Assembly (NCBI GenBank): GCA_043228905.1
Contig: JBHGNT010000007.1
Location: forward strand, 2,170,001-2,234,000
Direction of reading: 5' to 3'
From: Azolla caroliniana
Lineage: Eukaryota > Plantae > Polypodiophyta
Length of the DNA stretch: 64,000 nucleotides
In this document: in pieces, positions 53,639 to 64,000 of the stretch
Layout: every line of letters begins with the position of its first letter
Position numbering within the stretch: the first letter of the stretch is position 1
The notes under the pieces: model-generated
What the model was told of the DNA's origin: nothing
Database searches by the model: none
What the model saw: the letters and a program-made list of their open reading frames with translations, nothing else
Made by a program: the position numbers and the translations under genes

Positions 53639-56600
53639 ATGTCTAGCCAAATGGAAGGGGAAGAAGGGTGTTTAGAATTACCCCTCAATGATCATAAGGA
53701 TAGGGATGATGTTATCAGGACACAACAAGCCATACGAAACTATTGGGCAGAAAAAAAAAGCAAACATCGTCAATTGTTGAAGGATACGAAAGCCACACTC
53801 AGTAAAGGTAAGGATAGTTTAGCTGAGAATGTAAGTAATGCGACTACCATCATAGAGAGAAAGGTTGTAGACTATTTCAATGTTCAAACCAAGCACATCA
53901 GCAATGAAGAAAAGAAGGTAGTACTTTATGGAATATGTAATGATCCATCGATAAAGGACTTAGTTGATTGTGATGGTCTTAATGCAAACATATCATCTAT
54001 TTTAGTAAATAATCTTCGTAATAGTTTCGTATCCATGAGCAGGTCAGAAGATGATCTTGTCTTAAAAAGGTCTAGTCTAATGATGTTACTTAATAGTGAT
54101 GTTGACGATATAAACATCAGTGAGCTATCTAAGGTAATTGGTGTTAGTAGAAAAACAGTGTACAATACAATGAACCGTATAATTTCCTCGGGTGAAGGAA
54201 CTAGTCTACTAAAGCTAACTACAAGATGTAAGCCAATGACACCCATAACATTTGAAATCAAGGATGTAATCACAATGTTTTGGACTAATGAGAGTAGGGT
54301 TTCACCCAATAAAAAGGATTTATGCAGGAAACGTGTTGGAAGAAATCAATACGAGGAGCATCCCATTCATCTTCTTGATGTACCTCAGGTATTTACATTT
54401 ATCTCAACATTTGTTTTGACTCTACTCGGAAAGTTAATTAGCTCAGTTAGCAGAAAAGCTAATTAGCTTATCAGTTACATTTACCTCAGTTAGCTACTAG
54501 GATCGCTACTACATAGGTAACTAGCTACTCTCAATAGTTACTACCATGATAGCTAATTAGCTATTCTCAATAGCTAATTTAGGTACTACCAGATAATTAG
54601 CTGTACTGCTAGCTAGCTAGCTATCATGGTAGCTAGTTAGCTATTTCGTTATTACCAGCTAATTAGCTACTAGGAAAGCTAATTAGCTACCATGATAGCT
54701 AATTAGCTACTATGATAGCTACTACATAGGTAACTGGCTACTCTCAATAGCTACTACCATGATAGCTAATTAGTTAGGATAGCTAATTAGCCACCATTAT
54801 AGCTAATTAGCTACTAGACCAGCTAATTAGCTACCATGATAGCTAATTAGTTACTAGGACAGCTAATTAGCCACCGTGATAGTTAATTAGCTACCATGAT
54901 AGCTAATTAGCTACTATACCAGCTAATTAGCTACCATGATAGCTAATTAGCTACAATACCAGCTAATTAGCTACCATGATATCTAATTAGTTACTAGGAA
55001 AGCTAATCAGCCACCATTATAGCTAATTAGCTACTAGACCAGCTAATTAGCTACCACGATAGCTAATTAGCTACTAGACCAGCTAATTAGCTACCATGAT
55101 AGCTAATTAGTTACTAGGAAAGCTAATTAGCCACCATGATAGCTAATTAGCTACTAGACAAGCTAATTAGCCACCATGATAGCTAATTAGCTACTAGGAC
55201 AACTAATTAGCTACTAGGACAGCTAATTAGCTACCATGATAGCTAATTAGCTACTACGACAGCTAATTAGCTACCATGATAGCTAATTAGCTACTAGAAT
55301 AGCTAATTCGCTACTAGAATAGCTAATTAGCTACCATGATAGGTAATTAGCTACTACGACAGCTAATTAGCTACCATGATAGCTAATTAGCTACTAGGAC
55401 AACCAATTAGCTACTAGGACAGCTAATTAGCTACCATGATAGCTAATTAGCTACTACGACAGCTAATTAGCTACCATGATAGCTAATTAGCTACTAGAAT
55501 AGCTAATTAGCTACCATGATAGCTAATTAGCTACTACGACAGCTAATTAACTACCATGATAGCTAATTAGCTACTAGGACAACTAATTAGCTACCATGAT
55601 AGCTAATTAGCTACTAGAATAGCTAACTAGCTACTAGAATAGCTAACTAGCTACTAGAATAGCTAATTAGCTACTAGGATAGTTAGCTAGTTACGAGAAT
55701 AACTAATTCCCCTTTATTACGCAGGTCGATTTATTTATTAGGTTCAAACGAATGCATCCAACTATCAAAGTTCAACTACGAACATTCGAGTCTCTTAAGC
55801 CACACTTTGTGAGACGCTTAAAGGATCGATACACATGTTGTTGCATTTACCATGTACAGATGGGTTTTCTGAAGGACTCTGTTAATCTACTACGTCACCA
55901 TAGCGCATCCCTAACTAATACAGTTTGCACATGTGGGTGCCCAATCTGTCGATCAAGCCCGCAAGAGGAGTGTAAATCATCTGAGCACGTTATCTCTTCC
56001 ATGAGTTATTTATTAGATTCAATATTGTGTCCGAGAGAATCTGACGCTATCTTCCATATTCATAAATGTGTCATGGGTTTATGTCAAGATTGTGGCCCTA
56101 CTAGATTTAGGTGGTGTCCAAATGAATTGAGTAGTGAAATATTGATCTCTGTGAAGTTATTTGAGTCAGTGAACACCAATTTCGAAGGAAAGGTGTGTAA
56201 AAGAAAGGATCTAGTTCGGAAGATGCTTAAACCAAGGGATTTGGTGTCTCTGTTTGTAGTATCTCTAGGAAAGTTCATTAAACACAACTTCATTTATTCA
56301 TGGCAGGCCCATCAGTTTAAGACTTGCATATCTGATTTCCCAAATGATGTAGTAGTCTCAGTAGTAGATTTCGCAGAGAATTATACTTTCAAGCAGCAGA
56401 ATGAAATTCAATCTATGCATTGGTGTTCAGTTCAGGTAACCATTTTTGTGCACATAACATATTTTCGAGTTTCAGGTGATGTTAAAAAAGTAATTCATTT
56501 CTTTATTTCGGATGATAAGAAGCATGATACCTTGTTCGTCCAACACTGTTTTAAGTTACATTGGCAGTGGTTATTAGCTCAACGTTTGGAGCTTACTCAA

Positions 56601-57566
56601 CATTGGGTCTGGTCTGACGGAGCTGCGTCACAATTCAAGGCTCGACGTCCATTTTATTTTGTGGGGAGGTATCCTGCTATAACAGGTTTGGAGATGAGAT
56701 GGAATTTTTTTGGGTCTGGCCATGGTAAAGGTGAACATGATGGTCCAGGGGCTGTTATAAAGCGGGCACTTACCCATGAACAACTAAAGACAGATGGTGT
56801 GCACATGAATTGTGCATCACATGTAGTTGAATTTTTAAGAACAAATATGTCAACGAGTGCCACAGGTGTTTATTCCTCGCAAGTCCGAGATATCAAACGT
56901 GAATTTTGGGAAGTGAAGATAGATGAAGTAAATAGGGAGAAGACCTGGGAGTGCCAAGGAATTCCCGAATTGCGATCTCTGCATGCTGTTCGCGGTTATT
57001 CCAGGTTGGATGGTCATTGTATTGCGGTTAGAGAATTGGCTTGTTTTTGCTTCCATTGTGTGCAGGGAAATTGGAGATATTGTCTAAACAAAGCATACAT
57101 TCAGAATTGGGAGTATCACACTCTGAATGATAAGGAAGCAGTTGATGGAGAAACAGGGCAGAATGTTGACTTCACATATGAGGGACTTGGAGATACTTTG
57201 AGTGATGTCCTGAACGTTGGGGATAACTTCGCTGTAAATGCTGAAGAAGGCAATTCAGAGGGTGCTGATTTCTATATATTAAAGTGCACGGTTAGTAAAC
57301 AGTGTGCAAGGCAGAATATTGTAGATGCATGGGGAAATTTTGTATCTGCCGGGACATTCTACATCGAAGGCATTTTTTATGCAAAACTAGATGAGTACGA
57401 ATATGTGTACAGGCTGTTAGAAGACAAACCAGCGGCGTATATGTACTCTCATTTGGTCAGATGCATCAACGTCCCAATGTCAGAATACAATAGCTGCTCC
57501 GGTTTATACACTGTTGGTGCTAATGTGTATGAATGTATTTACAATAGTATGCCATGGAATTTGTAG
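53639..57566 (+). CDS. Spliced transposase, 863 aa (exons 53639-54388 and 55725-57566)
   Basis: CAG|GTATTT donor and CTAAT...TTACGCAG|G acceptor join in phase 0 with no stops. HTH-like ISELSKVIGVSRKTVYN, Cys clusters, motifs VVDFAENY, WSDGAASQFK, GHGKGEHDG. Confidence 0.88.
54430..55700. repeat. Intronic satellite built on the palindrome TAGCTAATTAGCTA
   Basis: About 20-bp period with 6-bp linkers (CCATGA, CTAGGA, CTAGAC). Confidence 0.95.
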
Positions 57567-58041
57567 CTACAAGTAGCACTTACCATGTTCTCTTGTAAAA
57601 CAAACATGTATTTCGCGAAAACAGATCAATAAATTCGTTTGGAATCAATTTCTTGTATACAGTCTGCTTTCTGTGCTTCTTTCTCAATAAAATCATGTCT
57701 TTTTTGTTAAGTTTTAAGTTATAAGTTATAGCGAAATAGTCATCAGTAGCTAATTAGCTGTACAAATGCAGCTAATTAGCTGTACAAATGTATTTACAAT
57801 AGTATGCCATGGAATTTGTAGCTACAAGTAGCACTTACCATGTTCTCTTGTAAAACAAACATGTATTTCGCGAAAACAGATCAATAAATTCGTTTGGAAT
57901 CAATTTCTTGTATACAGTCTGCTTTCTGTGCTTCTTTCTCAATAAAATCATGTCTTTTTTGTTAAGTTTTAAGTTATAAGTTATAGCAAAATAGTCATCA
58001 GTAGCTAATTAGCTATACAAATGCAGCTAATTAGCTGTACA
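57532..58041. repeat. 255-bp tandem duplication of the transposase end and 3' UTR
   Basis: ACAATAGTATGCCATGG at 57541 and 57796. Confidence 0.9.
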
Positions 58042-58212
58042 AATGCAGCTAATTCGCTGTACAAATGCAGCTAATTAGCTGTCAATAGCTAAATAGTCAT
58101 CAATAGAATGAAATCAACAATCTGCAACATATTCCTCAAATTACACAGTAGATAAGTACAGTGGGAACAAGTAATTAAATTCTTCATTGAATAATGTCAT
58201 CTCTTTACATAT

Positions 58213-59346
58213 TTATAAATTACCATTGGAAATGTCTACAAATCTCCTATAAACAACTAAGCTCTTGCTAGTCAGTGGAACGAGTCTACATATATTATCC
58301 GCATATTGAGCTCGGTATGGAGTCCACAACCATGCACCTAGTTGGCAGCTCACTGTTTGCACCAGGTACTGTTCAGGCATTTCCTCGGGTAGAATGAGAC
58401 AGCATCTCCAAATATTGAAGTAGTGTCGGAAATGTTCTGTATCCAAAATCAATGTATTGTCAGCATTATATTCAGGCCAAGTAGCCCAAAAATCAGAAAG
58501 CCTCTTGAATCTTGCAGCTTCCATCTGCTCACAATTTTCTCGTGCCCATTGACCTTTAAAACGACTTCGCCATTTTGGGAAGAATCTTGCCAAACACTTC
58601 CACACATCTGATTTTGGTTTTTCACTCCAAATAAACAAATCGAAGTACTCCACAGCCCACTCTAGAAACTGATTTGCGTCCCTCCTTGGCTGCATATATC
58701 TCACACTCATCAAGACTTTATCCAGCTCCAAGATCAAGGCTCTTCGCTCGACTTCTAGTGGTTTAGGTTTCCATTCCTGAAACTGAGCCGCTGTTACACC
58801 ATTTTCTGGTAGGATACGATCAATCTCAATCAGCTCAGGTTCGGCTGACACAATTGGTGTCCTTTTCCTCTTTAAACCCCTAGTCGACTGTGTTGGGCCT
58901 AGCTTCACATTCTGGTGCTCTTGTTTTGTCGACTTAGTTATCAATCCTTGGATTACCTCAGTGCATGTAGCTACTGTTCTGCTCGATATCAGTCCACTGG
59001 TATCACATGCTGCATCTACCTGCAACACCAAGTCAACCGTGCTACATGCTGCATCTACCTGCAACACCATGTCATCCGTGCTACATGCTGCATCTACCTG
59101 CAACACCAAATCATCCGTGCTACATGCTTGATCAACTTGTGTGACCAGATCACTTGTGTCAGTTGCTACATCTACTTTCAAGATGGGGCCCTTTAAACAT
59201 GCCGCAACATCAACAGTATCCACACTGCCATTGGCCTTACGAGCAATAGAATCAAACCCTTTAGACTCTGCAACATCAGAAAACACCAACATATTCACAC
59301 TCACAAAGTAACTACTAGTCTCACAAAACAATATCCTGAACATCAA
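58213..59346 (-). CDS. Cargo ORF or exon with 13-aa repeats and a degenerate NIF/FCP1-like HAD domain
   Basis: VLQVDAACSTDD repeats; ALILELDKVL..PRRDANQFLEWAVEYFDLFIWS...NTLILD..N follows the NIF pattern. Probable acceptor at 59268. Confidence 0.6.
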   Translation of the reverse strand: MMFRILFCETSSYFVSVNMLVFSDVAESKGFDSIARKANGSVDTVDVAACLKGPILKVDVATDTSDLVTQVDQACSTDDLVLQVDAACSTDDMVLQVDAACSTVDLVLQVDAACDTSGLISSRTVATCTEVIQGLITKSTKQEHQNVKLGPTQSTRGLKRKRTPIVSAEPELIEIDRILPENGVTAAQFQEWKPKPLEVERRALILELDKVLMSVRYMQPRRDANQFLEWAVEYFDLFIWSEKPKSDVWKCLARFFPKWRSRFKGQWARENCEQMEAARFKRLSDFWATWPEYNADNTLILDTEHFRHYFNIWRCCLILPEEMPEQYLVQTVSCQLGAWLWTPYRAQYADNICRLVPLTSKSLVVYRRFVDISNGNL

Positions 59347-59516
59347 AGAGTTTCAGTCATAGAACAACACTCTTCAAATTATCTTGGAAAAACATCATAG
59401 AGTTCCATTACATAATGTGGATCAAGCAACAACCAATCTGAGGTTTTACTTGTCCAACAGGATAGTAAAACTTCATAAAACCCTAGCAAAATCCCTAAGC
59501 TAACAATCATATCCAA

Positions 59517-62356
59517 CTAAACAGTATTTCGCTCCACTACGTCTGGGCCCCTTGACCGAGTAACTGGTCTTGTTCCCGATCGTGGCCCCTTCTTCAGCCT
59601 TTTTCTGGTTGGTTCCCCATTTAGCCTTGCTTCTAGGACCCAATGCGCAAGTGTGTCCTCCTCCGACAACCTTCCCATCGCCTCAGCAGCTAATTGCACA
59701 TCAGCCGTTTCTTGAACTAGCTTTTCAAGTATAGAGGGATCTGTTTGGACATTTTCAGTAGTTGGGCTCGGTGGGGTGGAATCAAGGTCTTGAGACTCGA
59801 AGAAATGTTGCATCAAGTGTTCATAAACACTGTTGTTGTGAACCTCAGTTTTACATGTTGTTTCCACTATTTCATGGCATTTCACATCGTTGCCTAATTC
59901 AGTACACTGTTCCAAAAGAATAGGGTGCAGCTGATCTGAAGGAGATGTGATAGCAGGACTCTTACTTTCAGCCACATTGGCAGTAGTATCCTCATCTGTT
60001 GCAACATCATCAGCACCAGACACATCATGTGCCGTCCTTAATCCACAAGATTCTACAATAACATGACAGTTATTTAGGATAGCTAATTAGCTACTTTACT
60101 AAACTATGGTAGAAGCTAGGATAGCTAATTAGCTAGTACGATAGCTAATTAGCTAGTATGATAGCTAATTAGGTACTTTACTCAACTATGGTAGTAGTTA
60201 GGATAGCTAATTAGGTACTTTACTCAACTATGGTAGTAGTTAGGATAGCTTATTAGCTACTAGGACAGCTAATTAGCTGCCAGTAGCTAATTAGCTACTA
60301 GGATAGCTAATTAGCTGCCAGTAGCTAATTAGCTACTAGGATAGCTTATTAGCTACTTTACACAACTATGGCAGTAGCTACTAGGATAGCTAATTCGCTA
60401 GGATAGCTAATTCGCTAGTAGGATAGCTAATTAGTTGCCAGCAGCTAATTAGCTAGTAGGATAGCTAATTAGCTACTAGGATAGCTAATTAGTTGCCAGT
60501 AGCTAATTAGCTAGTAGGATAGCTAATTAGGTACTTTACTCAACTATGGTAGTAGCTAATTAGCTAGTAGGATAGCTAATTAGGTACTTTACTCAACTAT
60601 GGTAGTAGCTAATTAGCTAGTAGGATAGCTAATTAGCTACTAGGATAGCTAATTAGCTGCTAGTAGCTAATTAGCTACTAGGATAGCTTATTAGCTACTT
60701 TACACAACTATGGCAGTAGCTAATTAGTTACTAGGATAGCTAATTAGTTGCTAGTGGCTAATTAGCTAGTAGGATACCTAATTAGCTTTTTTACACAACT
60801 ATAGTACTAGCTAATTAGCTAGTACCATAGCTAATTACCTACTAGGATAGCTAATTAGCTAGTAGGATAGCTTATTAGCTACTTTACACAACTATAGTAG
60901 TAGCTAGGATAGCTAATTAGCTACTATGGTAGCTAATTAGCTACTTTACTCAACTATGGTAGTAGCTAGGATAGCTAATTAGCTACTTTACTAACTATGG
61001 TAGTAGCTAGGATAGCTAATTAGCTACTTTACTAACTATGGTGGTAGCTAGGATAGCTAATTAGCTACAATGAAAGCTAATTAGCTACTTTCTCAACTAT
61101 GTAGTAGCTAGGATAGCTTATTAGCTACTAGGACAGCTAATTAGCTGCCAGTAGCTAATTAGCTACTAGGATAGCTTATTAGCTACTTTACACAACTATG
61201 TCAGTAGCTAATTAGCTACTATGATAGCTAATTAGCTAGTAGGATAGCTAATTAGTTGCCAGTAGCTAATTAGCTAGTAGGATAGCTAATTAGCTTTTTT
61301 ACACAACTATGGTACTAGCTAATTAGCTAGTACCATAGCTAACTAGCTACTAGGATAGCTTATTAGCTACTTTACACAACTATGTCAGTAGCTAATTAGC
61401 TACTATGATAGCTAATTAGCTAGTAGGATAGCTAATTAGCTAGTAGGATAGCTAATTAGTTGCCAGTAGCTAATTAGCTAGTAGGATAGCTAATTAGCTT
61501 TTTTACACAACTATGGTACTAGCTAATTAGCTAGTACCATAGCTAACTAGCTACTAGGATAGCTTATTAGCTACTTTACACAACTATGGCAGTAGCTAAT
61601 TAGTTACTAGGATAGCTAATTAGTTGCCAGTGGCTAATTAGCTAGTAGGATAGCTATTTAGCTTTTTTACACAACTATGGTACTAGCTAATTAGCTAGTA
61701 CCATAGCTAATTAGCTACTAGGATAGCTAATTAGCTAGTAGCTCATTAGCTGCCAGTAGCTAATTAGCTAGTAGGATAGCTAATTAGAAAAGACTAAGCT
61801 TATTAGCTACAGTATGGTATACCTGTTTGTTTTCTCCACTCATTTGGTAGAGTTGTACTGCAATCTCCCAAACAGAATGCAGCAATTCGACAGGCATGTT
61901 GAAAACAAAGCAGATGGTATGTGTGGTTGCATGGTTGTAGGTGAACCAACAAAGACGCAGTTTTGTCCTCCACACCTAACCCGCAAGCGATGCAACGTGC
62001 TTGAACTGTCAATAAATCATTTTCTGGTTCTACTTCATTTGGTAAGGGAGCAAGAATGTTCAGGTCCAAATCCTGTCTGGTCCTTACCATCCCCTCCACA
62101 AAATGTAGCTTCTTCTTAAGGCAGCTAACTACCTGTTCTTGATGAATGTATTGTTCCTTCAACGCAACAGAGAAATTTACCGATTAATTATTCTTGTTGT
62201 TGAAAGATACACCAACTTTGCTCAGGAATCGTTAACTTACTTGAAGCTTATCCAAATTGTTATCTGCAACAGTATTTACACCTAGAAGGTCCAGGTTCAT
62301 TGAAAGAACCTGGATATCTATTTGCAGTTCTATTTTACGCTGGAGGAACGAGCCAT
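59517..62356 (-). CDS. Spliced cargo gene with a RING-like finger (exons 62356-62241, 62156-61823, 60052-59517; further 5' exons likely)
   Basis: GT-AG junctions keep an open frame (phase 0, then 1). CIAC...PCNHTYHLLC...C...C; basic C-terminus PTRKRLKK. Confidence 0.7.
60075..61812. repeat. Second intronic TAGCTAATTAGCTA satellite (intron 60053-61822)
   Basis: Same palindromic core with linkers such as CTAGGA, TGCCAG and CTTTACACAACTATGG. Confidence 0.95.
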
Positions 62357-62384
62357 CTGAAATATCATTTCAGAAATCAGAAAT

Positions 62385-62845
62385 AGTGCAAAATCAGAAT
62401 ATGTGAGAATCAAAAACCCCAATCAACAACAACAAAAATGGTGCAAAATCTTTAACTTAGCAAATCAGAAACCCTAATCATAATTTGTATTCAGAAATTT
62501 GAAATCAGAAACCCTAATCAAAATCTGTAATCAGAAGTTTGAAATCAGAAACCCTAATCAAAATCTGTAATCAGAAGTTTGTAACCAGAAACCTTATTCA
62601 GAAATTCTAATCAGAAATTTATAATCAAAAACCCTAATCAGAAATTTCAATCAGAAACCCTAATAAAAAATTTCAATCACAAACCCTAATCAGACATCCT
62701 AAGCAGAAATTTATAAACAAAAACCCTATTCAGAAATTCTAATTTGTAATCAAAATTTGTAACCAGAAACCCTATTCAGAAATTCTAATCAGAAATTTAT
62801 AATCAAAAACCCTAATCAGAAATTTCAATCACAAACCCTAATCAC
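62385..62845. repeat. About 15-bp degenerate tandem repeat rich in AAACCCTAAT (telo-box-like)
   Basis: Alternating ATCAGAAACCCTA and ATCAGAAATTT units. Confidence 0.85.
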
Positions 62846-63467
62846 TAAAGACAGGATTAAACACAAAAAAAGTAATATAAACACACCTGTTGCTACTCCC
62901 CGATTTGCGAGACATCCTTGTATGGGACTCCAAGGACTTCACCCTATTCGATTTTGGGGAAATATGAATCGGCACCAAAGTTCAGACAGTAGTCAAAAAG
63001 AAAAAACAAATGTTTGGGGTTTCTGTAACTGAAACATACCTGGACGATGATCGATTTTTTGCTGTTGCGGGAGCTACGTCTGCGTTCGTGCTCTGAGTAC
63101 TCCATCTGCGTTCAAAATCAGACTTAGGCTAAACAGGAAATTGATGACATTGAAGTCGACCTTAGATGATGGTGATATTCCCCAAGTTCCACTACGTCTG
63201 AAACAGAAGTTCAAATATTTGAGTTTTTTCATAAATTAGTTTTTCAAATATTTGATTTTCCCACAAGAAAGACTAGCTAAACAAATAGCTAATTAGCTAT
63301 GGCCATTTTAGTAGCTAATTAGCTATAATAGTGTTTCCACTCGCATGCTTTTACCCTTATACTATTCTTTAGGTACCATACTATTTACCCTAACTATCCA
63401 ACCGTTGAAGGTTATACGCTCGCACTCCTTGCTTAGGCCATACGGCCCACAAGTACTAAAAACCCTA

Positions 63468-64000
63468 TCGGCCTCGGCCGAAACCGGATGACGAGTACCC
63501 GGCTACAAAAGACCCGGTGAGAATCGGATGATGAGTACCCGGCAAGAGCCGGATGGTGAAGACCCGGTGAGAACCAGATGTGGAGCACCCGACAACGGAA
63601 GAACTGGTGAGAACTGAATGACGTGTGCCAGACAAGCACCGGATGATGCAGACCTCGTGACGAGTGCTCACCGGATGAAGGGACATATTCGTAAATATGT
63701 TTCTGAGAGTCCATCGGGGCTACATTTGTAAATAGCCGAAAAGTCATATTAGTATAAATATGACTTAGGGCAAACATTAGTTTGTTGTTATTATTCTTGT
63801 TGGTGCAAGATTAGAGAGCACAACAGTGTACAGAGAGAGAGTGAGAGAGAAAGAGACGAAGAGTTCGTATCTCTGTTGTAACCGCCCCCTGTGGCGAAGA
63901 TAGCAAGCTCGAGGTCGTTGCCTCGGTGCTTCACTATTGTACATTCTGATATAGTGATAGTTTGCAGTCTGTGGGTTGTCGTGGTTTTTTCCCCTAGTTT
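63468..64000 (+). repeat. Remainder of the same copia LTR, running off the window
   Basis: Homologous to the D LTR (ACATATTCGTAAATATGTTTCTG, AGTCATATTAGTATAAATATGACTTAGGGCAAAC). Confidence 0.88.

Larger units (their letters stand above)
52299..63356 (+). mobile_element. Sola2-like DNA transposon, 11,058 bp
   Basis: 25-bp TIRs GGGTGAAAGCATGCGAGTGGAAACA / TGTTTCCACTCGCATGCTTTTACCC (1 mismatch), 4-bp TSD TTAT, DDD-type transposase. Confidence 0.9.
44608..63467 (+). mobile_element. Endonuclease-deficient Penelope-like element (core 44608-48690; probable tail 52240-52298 plus 63357-63467), interrupted by a LINE and Sola2
   Basis: PLE-type RT, hammerhead, C/A/T-skewed + strand. Flanked by a 38-bp duplication (44570-44607 / 63468-63505). 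The right boundary is inferred. Confidence 0.7.

Overview
The window is almost all transposable element, from a large plant genome (probably a non-seed plant such as a fern or lycophyte; this is inferred from the TE families and TTTAGGG motifs). No intact host gene is visible. 1-36426 is one nest built on a decayed Ty1/copia element (A). A holds a chromovirus 3' end, a related copia (B), a solo LTR (E) and a self-priming chromovirus (F). B in turn carries a gag-only tRNA-Trp element (C) and another copia (D). F carries a non-chromoviral Ty3/gypsy (G), which has a tRNA-Arg 3'-end look-alike where the polypurine tract should be. 36427-44511 holds degenerate copia and chromovirus remnants and hAT-type MITEs. 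44512-64000 is a second nest: a copia LTR split by an endonuclease-less Penelope-like element with a -1 frameshift signal and a hammerhead ribozyme. That element contains an RTE-X-like LINE and an 11-kb Sola2-like DNA transposon. The transposon has an intact spliced transposase and convergent RING and HAD-like cargo genes, with introns filled by a palindromic satellite. All coordinates and tRNA or family assignments were read by eye or recalled, not computed.
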